DNA of 64,000 bases from Acutalibacteraceae bacterium (GTDB taxonomy: Bacteria > Bacillota > Clostridia > Oscillospirales > Acutalibacteraceae): positions 54,363 through 118,362 of the forward strand of contig JAZQLN010000013.1 of the NCBI GenBank assembly GCA_045542715.1, in the 5' to 3' direction. The notes below the pieces were generated by a model. It was not told where the DNA came from and made no database searches. It saw only the letters and a program-made list of their open reading frames with translations. Position 1 is the stretch's first letter. Each line of letters begins with the position of its first letter. A program made the position numbers and the translations under genes. This document shows, in pieces, positions 1 through 9,569 of this stretch.

Positions 1-1
1 C

Positions 2-1252
2 GGACTTTCCTCTACTCCTGCGATGTTCATGACTACCGTTGACATGGGATGTGACGGTGCTGTGCAGATCACCGCAAGCCATCACCCCAAAGACAGAAAC
101 GGGCTCAAATTCTTTACCCGTAACGGCGGACTTGACGGCCCGGATATAGCTGATATCCTTAAAGCTGCAGGAGAAATCAATCCCGTCGGCAACGGAAACG
201 GAGAATGCAAAACCTGCAATTTCATGAAGAGATACGCTGAAATGCTTCGTGAAATGATAATCAGAGGCGTAGGCGACGAAAAACCTCTTGACGGAATGAA
301 AATCGTTGTTGATGCAGGCAACGGTGCAGGCGGATTTTACGCATACGATGTACTTGAGCCCCTCGGTGCCGATATATCGGGAAGTGTTTATCTTGAGCCT
401 GACGGCAACTTCCCCAACCACGCTCCCAATCCCGAAAATGCAGAAGCAATGGCTTGTGTTTCAAAGGCTGCGGTTGATGCAGATGCGGATTTCGGAGTTA
501 TATTCGACACGGATGTTGACAGAGCTGCCTGCGTAGGCAAAGGCGGATTTGAAATCAACCGTAACCGACTTGTTGCCCTTGCTTCAAAAATTGCTCTTGA
601 TTCCTGCGAAGGCGGTACGATTGTCACAGACAGCGTAACCTCCGACGGTCTTGCCGAATTCATACAAGCAAACGGCGGTGTTCATTACAGATTCAAGAGA
701 GGTTACCGCAATGTCATCAACAAACAGATTGAACTTGAAAGCAGCGGTATCAGGTGTCCTCTTGCCATGGAAACTTCGGGGCACGCCGCATTTTCGGAAA
801 ACTATTACCTTGATGACGGTGCATACCTCATAACAAAACTGATTATTAAGGCTGCATCGCTTGCAAAGCAGGGCAAAACGCTCGACAGTCTTATTGACAG
901 TCTCCGTGAACCCAAAGAAGAAAAAGAAATGCGTTTCAGAATTCTTTGCGACGATTTCAGACCCGAAGGTGAAAAGATTATTTCACTTTTCGAGAATGCC
1001 GCAAAAGAAAAAGACGGCTGGACCTGTGCTGACGATAACCGCGAGGGTATCCGTATCAATACCGATAAATCCTGCGGTAACGGATGGTTTCTTGTTCGTC
1101 TGAGCGTTCACGACCCTATTATTGTTCTTAATTATGAAAGTGACGAAATCGGCGGAATCATGAAAACCGCAAAGGATGTTTACCGTGTTATTTCAAAAGC
1201 CGTAAACATTGATTTGCTTGATATATCGGCACTTTCGGATTATACAAAATAA
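2..1252 (+). CDS. Phosphomannomutase/phosphoglucomutase (alpha-D-phosphohexomutase), 5'-truncated by window edge
   Basis: Frame is open from nt 2 (GLSSTPAMF). Catalytic TASHHP, metal-binding DTDVDR and sugar-binding METSGH motifs. Confidence 0.92.
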   Translation, partial: GLSSTPAMFMTTVDMGCDGAVQITASHHPKDRNGLKFFTRNGGLDGPDIADILKAAGEINPVGNGNGECKTCNFMKRYAEMLREMIIRGVGDEKPLDGMKIVVDAGNGAGGFYAYDVLEPLGADISGSVYLEPDGNFPNHAPNPENAEAMACVSKAAVDADADFGVIFDTDVDRAACVGKGGFEINRNRLVALASKIALDSCEGGTIVTDSVTSDGLAEFIQANGGVHYRFKRGYRNVINKQIELESSGIRCPLAMETSGHAAFSENYYLDDGAYLITKLIIKAASLAKQGKTLDSLIDSLREPKEEKEMRFRILCDDFRPEGEKIISLFENAAKEKDGWTCADDNREGIRINTDKSCGNGWFLVRLSVHDPIIVLNYESDEIGGIMKTAKDVYRVISKAVNIDLLDISALSDYTK

Positions 1253-1265
1253 GGAGAGATAAAAA

Positions 1266-2159
1266 ATGTTTGACAAAATCATCAGAGGTTTTTTCGCTGT
1301 TATAACGGCTGTGCTCACCCTTTTCTATACCCCTACTCCCGTAAAAAACGTTAACCCCGACCCCGTTGCAGAGGTTAAAAGAGCTCAGGATGTTACCGTT
1401 ATGACATATAACGTTTACATCAGCGGCACCGGCGAAAAATCTCCCGAAAACAGAACTCCTCACGTTGCCCAAAACATCCGCAGATATATGCCCGATTCAT
1501 TCGGTCTCCAGGAAGCAAATGCCGCATGGATTGAAAGAATTGCCGCAGAAATGCCCGAATATGATTATGTCGGCATTGGCAGAGACCTTGGCGGCGGTGG
1601 CGAAGCAAGTCCCGTTTTCTATAAGAAAGATAAATATGAGCTGCTCGATTCGGGCACATTCTGGCTTTCAAAATCTCCTGACAGACCCTCAAGAGGCTGG
1701 GATGCTATGCTCAACAGAATCTGCACATATGCTGTTCTCCGTGATATTGACACAGGCTTTGTTTATGCCCATTTCAATGCTCATTTTGACCATATCGGTG
1801 TTATCGCAAGGCTTGAATCCGTTGCTGTTGTTGCCGATAAGATAACAAATATCTGCAACACCTTCCCCGTTGTTTTCACAGGTGACCTTAATGACTACGA
1901 AGGCGATGATATGTATAACCGCGTTCTTGAAACAGGTCTTAAGGATACAAAATATCTTGCAGAAGCCGTAAACGGCGGAAACGTTACATTCCACGGCTAT
2001 TCCGACCTCACCGAAAAAGAAGCTCCGATTGACTTCATTTTTGTCAACAACATGGCATCGGCGGTCAAGAGCTATACCGTAGACACAACCGAATATAACG
2101 GTATTTTCGCATCCGACCATCATCCCGTTATTTCTCAGATGACACTTATAAACGGATAA
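1266..2159 (+). CDS. Endonuclease/exonuclease/phosphatase (EEP) family protein with N-terminal hydrophobic leader
   Basis: MTYNV, GLQE, FWLS, NAHFDH, TGDLN, IDFIF, SDHHP motifs; RBS AGGAG. Confidence 0.88.
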   Translation: MFDKIIRGFFAVITAVLTLFYTPTPVKNVNPDPVAEVKRAQDVTVMTYNVYISGTGEKSPENRTPHVAQNIRRYMPDSFGLQEANAAWIERIAAEMPEYDYVGIGRDLGGGGEASPVFYKKDKYELLDSGTFWLSKSPDRPSRGWDAMLNRICTYAVLRDIDTGFVYAHFNAHFDHIGVIARLESVAVVADKITNICNTFPVVFTGDLNDYEGDDMYNRVLETGLKDTKYLAEAVNGGNVTFHGYSDLTEKEAPIDFIFVNNMASAVKSYTVDTTEYNGIFASDHHPVISQMTLING

Positions 2160-2174
2160 AGGAGGATTTGAACA

Positions 2175-3104
2175 ATGCTTTTTAAGTTTTGCCAGGCAAT
2201 AGTTGCAGTTCTGATTTCAATTTCATCTTTATTCACCGTAACGGTGCCCACTCCTGTTGTTGAAACGGAAAAACCTCTTGTCAGCGTTAACCCCAATCCC
2301 ATTGCGGAGGAAAAGCTGACACAGGATATCAAGGTCATGACATTCAACCTTAAATATAACGGCGACGGATATCAGTCAAGAGAAAACAGATTCCCAAAAG
2401 CTGTTAAAATAATCGAAAAGCATTCCGCAGATTCATTCGGCGTTCAGGAAGCTGAAAAATGGTGGACCGATTCATTCGAAGAAACACTCACCCAATACGC
2501 AAGAGTCGGTGCATTCAGAGATGACGGTGTTTCTTTGGGCGAGTCCTGCTCAATATTCTATCTCAAAGATAAATTCGAGCTTGTTGATTCGGGTGACTTC
2601 TGGCTTTCCGAAACTCCCGATGAGGTATCAAAAGGCTGGGACGGCGGTTGCTACAGAGTTACAACATGGGTAATTCTCAAAGACAAAACAACCGGCTTTG
2701 TTTATGCACATTTCAACACTCATCTCGATAATGTGGGCACAAAGGCAAAGGCAGAATCAATCCCTCTTATAGCTGAAAAAATCGCAGAAATCGCCCCTGA
2801 TATTCCCGTTGTATTAACGGGTGACTTCAATCTCAGAGAAACATCGGGCAATTACACAAATATTATCGCCTGCGACCTCAGAGATACAAAATATCTCGCG
2901 GAAGAATACGATGACTGTGCAACATACCATGACTACAACCCCTTTGTTTTCAACACAAAGCCCATTGATTTTGTTTTTGTTAACGGATACTGCAAATCGG
3001 TCAAATCAAGCATAGTTGATTCAAGAACGGTAGGTCTTGTTTATCCCTCGGACCACTTCCCCGTAATCGTAGAAATGACTTTATTCAATGGAGGTAACAA
3101 ATAA
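2175..3104 (+). CDS. EEP family protein with N-terminal hydrophobic leader (paralog 2)
   Basis: MTFNL, GVQE, FWLS, NTHLD, TGDFN, IDFVF, SDHFP motifs; RBS GGAGG. Confidence 0.88.
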   Translation: MLFKFCQAIVAVLISISSLFTVTVPTPVVETEKPLVSVNPNPIAEEKLTQDIKVMTFNLKYNGDGYQSRENRFPKAVKIIEKHSADSFGVQEAEKWWTDSFEETLTQYARVGAFRDDGVSLGESCSIFYLKDKFELVDSGDFWLSETPDEVSKGWDGGCYRVTTWVILKDKTTGFVYAHFNTHLDNVGTKAKAESIPLIAEKIAEIAPDIPVVLTGDFNLRETSGNYTNIIACDLRDTKYLAEEYDDCATYHDYNPFVFNTKPIDFVFVNGYCKSVKSSIVDSRTVGLVYPSDHFPVIVEMTLFNGGNK

Positions 3105-3862
3105 TGTACAGAGTAATGACATTCAATCTGCTTTGTGCAGGCAGAAAACACAGAAAATGGCAGAAAAGAGCTCCTCTTGTTTACAAAATCATCCGTGAAG
3201 CAAATCCCGATTCGTTCGGTGTTCAGGAAGCTCATTACGAATGGATGAAGAAGCTTGCAAAGAATCTTCCCGAATACGCTTTTGTCGGTGTAGGCAGAGA
3301 TGACGGCAAAAAAAGAGGCGAATTCTCCGCTGTTTTCTACAAAAAAGACAAGTTCACCGCAAGCGACAGCGGAAACTTCTGGCTTTCCGAAACTCCCGAT
3401 AAACCCGGCAAGGGTTGGGATGCAGCCTGTGTAAGAGTTGCAACTTATGTCAAGCTTACAGACAAGGAAACAGGCAAATCATATGTTCATTTCAACACTC
3501 ACCTTGACCATGTGGGCGAAATCGCAAGAATCGAAGGTGTCAAGATGATTCAGCAGAAGGCAGCTTCATTCGGCGGAGTTCCTGTTGTGTGCACAGGTGA
3601 CTTCAATGTTTTCCAGGATTCCGACTGCTACAATACCATGATAAGCGGCAACATGAGCGATGCAAGAAAGCTTGCTCCCGATACCGATGACTGCTATACC
3701 TTCCACGGCTTCAGACCCGAAGAAATCCATGAAATCATCGACTTTGTTTTCGTTGACGAAGCAACAGTCAAGCCCGTCAACTTCAAGGTAATCAACAAAA
3801 TGATTGACGGAGAATATTATTCTGACCACTTCGCCGCATACGCAGATATCGAGCTTGTATAA
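3104..3862 (+). CDS. EEP family protein, no leader (paralog 3, probably cytoplasmic)
   Basis: Same EEP motif set. Start overlaps the upstream stop (TAATG). Confidence 0.88.
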   Translation: MYRVMTFNLLCAGRKHRKWQKRAPLVYKIIREANPDSFGVQEAHYEWMKKLAKNLPEYAFVGVGRDDGKKRGEFSAVFYKKDKFTASDSGNFWLSETPDKPGKGWDAACVRVATYVKLTDKETGKSYVHFNTHLDHVGEIARIEGVKMIQQKAASFGGVPVVCTGDFNVFQDSDCYNTMISGNMSDARKLAPDTDDCYTFHGFRPEEIHEIIDFVFVDEATVKPVNFKVINKMIDGEYYSDHFAAYADIELV

Positions 3863-3897
3863 TTTCAAAAAATGTGTAACAGTAACCTCTAATTGAA

Positions 3898-3926
3898 TTG
3901 ACAAAAATTATACATAATGTTAAACT
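3898..3926 (+). promoter_or_regulatory. sigmaA-type promoter of the M28 peptidase gene
   Basis: TTGACA-17bp-TAAACT with TGn extension. Confidence 0.6.
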
Positions 3927-3958
3927 TTTGTTATATTATTATGAAGGAGAAATATAAA

Positions 3959-5200
3959 ATGGATTTAAAGAAAGTTATCGACAAGAAGAATTCCGCCGCA
4001 AAATACATTATTGATGAAATAACTCACATCATCAAAACCTGCGGCAAAAGAGACCCCGGTTCAGAGGGCGAAAAAAAATCATGTGAATACATGGCAAAGG
4101 TTCTCAAGGAGGACTGCGGCTGTGAGGATGTGAAAATCGAATCCTATGAAGTTGCTCCAAGAGCATTCTACGGCTGGATTTATTTCACGGTAACGCTTGC
4201 AATTCTCGGTGCCGTGCTTTTCCCCTTTGCTCCCATCATTTCAATTCCTCTTATCATTGCAGGCTTTGCTATCGTTCTTATTCAGTTCGGTCTATACAAG
4301 AAACTTCTTGACCCCCTCTTCCCCAAGAAAACAAGCCATAATGTTACCGCTATCAAAAAGTGCAAGGGCGAAGTCAAGAGAAGAATTATCTATAACGGTC
4401 ACCCCGATGCAACATGGGAATGGCCCGTTAACTACGCTCTCGGCGGCATCGGCTTTGAAGGACATGCAATCATCGTAATCGGTGCGGCAGTATTTTATCT
4501 CGTTCTTTCAGTTATATATGTTATTAAGAACGGTATCACATTCGGCATGCCTGATGTGTCCGATCCCCTTGTTAAGGCAGGTCTCTGGGGACTTGTAACT
4601 CTCCCCTTCTCAATCGGTCTTTATTTCATGGTTAACTACCGCAGAGTTGTTGACGGTGCAAACGATAACCTTACAGGCTGCTATATGGGTATTGCAGTTC
4701 TTAAGTACCTCAAGGATGAAGGAATCGAACTCGAAAACACCGAAGTAGGCGTTATTCTTACAGGTTCAGAAGAAATCGGTCTCAGAGGTTCAAAGGCATG
4801 GGCAGAAATGCACAAGGATGAATTCAAGGATGTTCCCACATTCATCTATGCTTATGATACCATCAACGACCCCAAATATCTTATGTCCAACTACTATGAC
4901 CTTAACGGTACCGTAAGATGCGACAAGGACTGTGCAGACCTCTTTATGGAAGCAGCAGAGGCAGTCGGTGTTCCCTGCAAGAAGGGCGGCGTTCCTCCCC
5001 TCGGCGGTGCTGTTGACGCAGCAGGCTTCACTCAGGGCGGTTTCCGTGCAGCAGGCGTAACAGGTCTCAATCACAAGCTTGAACGTTACTATCATACAAG
5101 ACTTGATACATACACAAACATGAACGAAAAAGGCATTGAAAACTGCTTCGCAGCAAGCGTTAAGATGCTTGAAATGTTTGATGACGGCGCAAAACAGTAA
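3959..5200 (+). CDS. M28 family zinc peptidase with internal transmembrane segments
   Basis: GHPD, GANDN, SEEIG and YHT Zn-ligand motifs; hydrophobic inserts. Start moved to ATG 3959 behind RBS AAGGAG. Confidence 0.8.
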   Translation: MDLKKVIDKKNSAAKYIIDEITHIIKTCGKRDPGSEGEKKSCEYMAKVLKEDCGCEDVKIESYEVAPRAFYGWIYFTVTLAILGAVLFPFAPIISIPLIIAGFAIVLIQFGLYKKLLDPLFPKKTSHNVTAIKKCKGEVKRRIIYNGHPDATWEWPVNYALGGIGFEGHAIIVIGAAVFYLVLSVIYVIKNGITFGMPDVSDPLVKAGLWGLVTLPFSIGLYFMVNYRRVVDGANDNLTGCYMGIAVLKYLKDEGIELENTEVGVILTGSEEIGLRGSKAWAEMHKDEFKDVPTFIYAYDTINDPKYLMSNYYDLNGTVRCDKDCADLFMEAAEAVGVPCKKGGVPPLGGAVDAAGFTQGGFRAAGVTGLNHKLERYYHTRLDTYTNMNEKGIENCFAASVKMLEMFDDGAKQ

Positions 5201-5213
5201 CAGCAAAAAATTA

Positions 5214-5237
5214 ACGGCAGTCCGCTTGGACTGCCGT
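5214..5237. terminator. Bidirectional intrinsic terminator between the M28 peptidase gene and potD
   Basis: ACGGCAGTCC-gctt-GGACTGCCGT flanked by A and T runs. Confidence 0.85.
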
Positions 5238-5242
5238 ATTTT

Positions 5243-6505
5243 TTATATGTTTTCTCTATACTTCTTGCGTACATATCTGAATACTACATATGCAAGACAA
5301 ACCAAAATAAATATTCCGATATAAAGAGCGTATCTCTTTGCTTCGGGAGTCATTACTTCGCCGTCATCGGCTATTGCGGAATCTTCTCCGCCAAAGAAGA
5401 ATGCCTTATTTCCCGTGCCTGAGGGCACATGATTCTTGATATCATCCCAGAGTGTACTCATAAGAGCAAGAGTTTCGGGATTGAGGTTAAGGAAAAGCTG
5501 AGTTTTGAACTTTCCGTCTTCGGGATAGAGAATCTCGTCCTGATAAAATGAATATTCGGGATTTGAATAAACCTCTGTATGAGGGCTTGCGTAGCAGATA
5601 TATTCAGCATTGGCAAGAGCTACATCGGGTTCAAGAAGGAAGTTGATGTAAAGCTCCGCCGCAAGTTTATTCTTTGCATCCTTGGGAATACAAGCGCCGT
5701 CAACAAAGAAGTTTACGCCTTCCTTGGGATAAACAAAAGCAAGGTCGGGGTTATTTTCCTGCATGGTAAGGAAATCGCCCGCATAATAGGGTCCCATTGC
5801 AGCTTCGCCCGATTCCATCTTAAGGAAGATTTCATCGTTGACATATGCGGGAGAAACGCTCTTCTGCTCCTTGAGAAGCTCTGCCGCAACTCTCCATGAC
5901 ATTTCGGATTCATTGTTATAGTCCATTCCGAGAACGCTCTGTGCGATTGCAAAAGCATCACGGGGATTATTGAACATCAGAATGCTGTTTGAATAATTCT
6001 CATCCCAGAGTGCGGTCCAGCTGTCGGGTGCTTCTTCAACCATTGTGGTATTATAAATAAGACCGACCATGCCGACTGTGTAGGGTACGGAATATTCGTT
6101 CTTGGGGTCATGGGCAAGATTCTTGTATTTTTCAGGAATGTATTTGTAGTTGGGAATGTTTTCAAAATCAATCTTATCAAGCATTCCTTCAACTATCATA
6201 CGCTCAATCATATAGTCTGACGGAATAATGATATCATATGAAACTCCGCCGCCCTTGAGCTTTGAATACATAACCTCATTGTTATCATATGTGTCATAGA
6301 TAACATCAATGCCGTATTTTTCTTCGAATGCAGCGTTAACATCAAGGGTATCATCCGCACCGTCAGAAATATATTCTCCCCAGTTATAGACATAAAGGGT
6401 TGTGCCTCTGAGAGCATCGATATCGCTCTGCTCTGCCGCAAAAGCAACCGTACACGGAACAAGAGCAATAATCATCGCAAAAAGCACCGATATAATTTTT
6501 TTCAA
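5243..6505 (-). CDS. potD: Spermidine/putrescine ABC transporter substrate-binding protein with C-terminal TM anchor
   Basis: LYVYNWGEYI, PSDYM, PYTVG and YAGD motifs; last gene of potABCD. Confidence 0.88.
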   Translation of the reverse strand: MKKIISVLFAMIIALVPCTVAFAAEQSDIDALRGTTLYVYNWGEYISDGADDTLDVNAAFEEKYGIDVIYDTYDNNEVMYSKLKGGGVSYDIIIPSDYMIERMIVEGMLDKIDFENIPNYKYIPEKYKNLAHDPKNEYSVPYTVGMVGLIYNTTMVEEAPDSWTALWDENYSNSILMFNNPRDAFAIAQSVLGMDYNNESEMSWRVAAELLKEQKSVSPAYVNDEIFLKMESGEAAMGPYYAGDFLTMQENNPDLAFVYPKEGVNFFVDGACIPKDAKNKLAAELYINFLLEPDVALANAEYICYASPHTEVYSNPEYSFYQDEILYPEDGKFKTQLFLNLNPETLALMSTLWDDIKNHVPSGTGNKAFFFGGEDSAIADDGEVMTPEAKRYALYIGIFILVCLAYVVFRYVRKKYRENI

Positions 6506-6533
6506 TAAAAGTCACTCCTTATGGAAAAACTTT

Positions 6534-7337
6534 TTACTTCTTCCTTGATTTTTCCTCACTCTTTGCCTGTGCGATATTATACAGAATAAGAAGCACGAGA
6601 ATGCTCACAAAAATCAAAGCTGAAAGTGCATACATATCCGGCTTGACTCTCTTTTTTGTCATTGAGAAAATAGCAATCGGAAGGGTCTGGAAACCGGGTC
6701 CGCTGGTAAAATAGCTGATAATGAAATCATCCAGCGAAAGAGTGAACGCCGTAATCATACCTGTTATTATGCCCGGCATAATCGACGGCAAAACCACCTT
6801 GAAGAATGCCATAAACGGCTTGCAGCCTAAGTCCTGAGCCGCTTCAGAAAGATTTCTGTCCGTCTGGCGGAGCTTGGGAAGGACATTGAGTATGATATAA
6901 GGCAGATTGAATGTGACATGAGCAATAAGAAGCGTTCCGAATCCGAGAACGGCATCTTTGCTGACGATTCTTCCGACAAAAACGAACAGAAGCATCATTG
7001 AAATACCCGTAACGATTTCGGGATTCATCATGGGAATATTCGTTGTTGCCATAAGTCCCGAACGAAGCGGACCTTTACGCATTTTGTCAATGCCCACTGC
7101 GGCGGATGTTCCGAGAACCGTTGCAATAACGGACGAGCTTACCGCAAGAATGATTGTATTATAAAGTGCACGCAAGGTTGCTTCGTCTTCAAAGAGGGAT
7201 TTATACCACTGAAGAGAAAATCCCGAAAAAACGCTTGTGCTTGTTGTTGTATTGAACGAAAAAAGAATCATTACTATGATGGGAGCATAGAGAAACGCAA
7301 AAACAAGACCCGTATAAATCTTTGATGCAATTTTCAT
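6534..7337 (-). CDS. potC: Spermidine/putrescine ABC transporter permease
   Basis: FLYAPI start, EAAQDLG EAA loop, FTLSLDDF. Confidence 0.92.
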   Translation of the reverse strand: MKIASKIYTGLVFAFLYAPIIVMILFSFNTTTSTSVFSGFSLQWYKSLFEDEATLRALYNTIILAVSSSVIATVLGTSAAVGIDKMRKGPLRSGLMATTNIPMMNPEIVTGISMMLLFVFVGRIVSKDAVLGFGTLLIAHVTFNLPYIILNVLPKLRQTDRNLSEAAQDLGCKPFMAFFKVVLPSIMPGIITGMITAFTLSLDDFIISYFTSGPGFQTLPIAIFSMTKKRVKPDMYALSALIFVSILVLLILYNIAQAKSEEKSRKK

Positions 7338-8158
7338 ATAACCATGCCCTCCTCATCACCCGAAAAGCGGTTCATAACCGCCATGCATATCAGAATGAGT
7401 ATCATCAGCACAAGGGAAATCGATGCACCGAGATTATAGTTATAGGACTGCTGGAACTGTCTTTCGATAACGTCACCGATAAGGTCAAACGAACCGCCGC
7501 CCAGCTTTTGGGAAATGTAGAACGTACTTACAGACGGAACAAACACCATTGTAATACCCGAAACGATACCCGGCATGCTCATGGGGATAATGCAGCGTCT
7601 GATAACGGTCAGTCTGTTGCCGCCGAGATCCTGACAAGCCTCAACCATGCTGTGGTCAAGCTTTGCCATAACGGAATAAATCGGCATTATCATATACGGC
7701 AGGAAATTATAAACCATGCCAAGAATTACCGCACCTGAGGTGTTGATCATATGAATCGGCTCAATACCGAACTTGCCGAGAAAATTGTTGATTATACCCG
7801 TATCCTGCAGAATTGCCATCCATGAATAAGTTCTTATAAGGAAGCTCATCCACATCGGAAGCATGACAAGCATAACGAGCGTTCGCTGAACCTTTTCTGT
7901 TTTCTGCGAAATGATATAAGCAATCGGAAACGCAATCAGCAGACAGATAACGGTTGCAACGATTCCGAACCAGATTGAGCGAAGAAACGTGGGAGCATAC
8001 TTGCTCAGCGACATTATGTTTTCAAACGTAAAGTTTCCTGCGGCATCGGTAAAGGAATAATAAACAACAAAAATCAGCGGAGCAATGATAAAAAGAGCTG
8101 ACCATACAATATAAGGCGAGGCAACCAGCTTTGACTTTAACGAAGAGCGGTTGTTCAT
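7334..8158 (-). CDS. potB: Spermidine/putrescine ABC transporter permease
   Basis: [21 protein letters not shown]; 4-bp overlaps with neighbours. Confidence 0.92.
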   Translation of the reverse strand: MNNRSSLKSKLVASPYIVWSALFIIAPLIFVVYYSFTDAAGNFTFENIMSLSKYAPTFLRSIWFGIVATVICLLIAFPIAYIISQKTEKVQRTLVMLVMLPMWMSFLIRTYSWMAILQDTGIINNFLGKFGIEPIHMINTSGAVILGMVYNFLPYMIMPIYSVMAKLDHSMVEACQDLGGNRLTVIRRCIIPMSMPGIVSGITMVFVPSVSTFYISQKLGGGSFDLIGDVIERQFQQSYNYNLGASISLVLMILILICMAVMNRFSGDEEGMVI

Positions 8159-9279
8159 CCCTCTACCTCCTCTTCTGCATTGGAAAGCTCATCAAACTCC
8201 TCGCTGAAGGAGCTGTAGTCGCCGTAAATACCCGAATATTCGGATTTTTTCATGATGTGGATTGCATCGGGTTCGATGAAAAGACCGATTTTCTTGCCTT
8301 CGGGCTGATAATCCGTTGTCTGAATCATCCACTTGAAGCCGCCGATATCAACGATAATTTCAAAATGAACGCCCTTGAACGTTACCGAAGTAACAACGCC
8401 GCAGAGCATACCCTTTTCAACTTCAACAACATCAACGTCTTCGGGACGTACAACAACGTCAACCGCTTCGTTTTTGCCGAAGCCCTTATCGAGACATTCG
8501 AATCTGTGACCCGAAAAATCAACAAGGCAGTCATCAATCATAACACCGTCAAGGATATTGCTTTCACCGATGAAGTCAGCAACGAATGCATTCTTGGGTT
8601 CATTGTAAATATCAAGAGGAGTGCCGATTTGCTGAATAACACCGCCGTCCATAACAACAACGGTATCGGACATTGAAAGAGCTTCTTCCTGGTCATGGGT
8701 AACATATACGAATGTTATGCCGAGCCTCTGCTGAATCTTTTTAAGCTCAGCCTGCATATCCTTGCGAAGCTTAAGGTCAAGTGCGCCGAGAGGTTCATCA
8801 AGGAGAAGGACTCTGGGTTTGACCGCAAGAGCACGGGCAATTGCAACTCGCTGCTGCTGACCGCCCGAAAGTGAATTTATATTACGCTTGCTGAAGCCTG
8901 AAAGGTTAACCAGAGCAAGCATTTCTTCAACAGTTTCTTTAATCTGCTTTTCGGGAACTTTTTTTATTCTTAAACCGAAAGCAACATTTTCATAAACATT
9001 AAGGTGAGGAAAAAGGGCGTAACGCTGAAAAATAGTGTTAACCTGCCTTTTGTGAGGAGGAACACCATTTATTTTTTTGCCCTCAAAAATAACCTCTCCC
9101 TCATCAGGTTCAATGAAGCCTGCAATAATTCTCAGGGTTGTGGTTTTTCCGCATCCCGAAGGACCAAGGAAGGTTATAAACTCCTTGTCGCGAATATAGA
9201 GGTTGAGATTTTTAAGCACCTGATTATTCCCGAAAGTAACGGAAATGTTTTTCAAATCAATAATCGCATTTTTGTTCAA
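8155..9279 (-). CDS. potA: Spermidine/putrescine ABC transporter ATP-binding protein
   Basis: [29 protein letters not shown]-terminal TOBE-like region; TTG start. Confidence 0.95.
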   Translation of the reverse strand: MNKNAIIDLKNISVTFGNNQVLKNLNLYIRDKEFITFLGPSGCGKTTTLRIIAGFIEPDEGEVIFEGKKINGVPPHKRQVNTIFQRYALFPHLNVYENVAFGLRIKKVPEKQIKETVEEMLALVNLSGFSKRNINSLSGGQQQRVAIARALAVKPRVLLLDEPLGALDLKLRKDMQAELKKIQQRLGITFVYVTHDQEEALSMSDTVVVMDGGVIQQIGTPLDIYNEPKNAFVADFIGESNILDGVMIDDCLVDFSGHRFECLDKGFGKNEAVDVVVRPEDVDVVEVEKGMLCGVVTSVTFKGVHFEIIVDIGGFKWMIQTTDYQPEGKKIGLFIEPDAIHIMKKSEYSGIYGDYSSFSEEFDELSNAEEEVEG

Positions 9280-9341
9280 TTATGCAGCCCCTCTCTGCCT
9301 TTGCCGGAAACGGCTAAGCGGCTAATTATATAGTATAATAA

Positions 9342-9370
9342 AATATAGAGCAAAAACTTGCAAATGTCAA
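9342..9370 (-). promoter_or_regulatory. sigmaA-type promoter of potABCD
   Basis: Minus-strand TTGACA-17bp-TATATT. Confidence 0.6.
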
Positions 9371-9508
9371 CAATTTTTTTAACAAATCCGTGAAAAATCC
9401 GTCACCCTCGGAAATTTTTAAATATTTTACTTTGATTTACTCTGTTTTGCTCTTTTTTTCTCCGTTTTCCTCATTTTTTGTCGTTTAGAATTTTTTTGGA
9501 TTTTTATA

Positions 9509-9537
9509 TGATAACCCCTGCAAAAACAGGCAATACT
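9509..9537 (+). promoter_or_regulatory. sigmaF/sigmaG-type promoter of sigG
   Basis: TGATA-15bp-GGCAATACT resembles the forespore sigma consensus GYATA-N15-GGnnAnAhT. Confidence 0.55.
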
Positions 9538-9569
9538 TTTAATGCCATTAATTGTATCGGGGTGATTTT

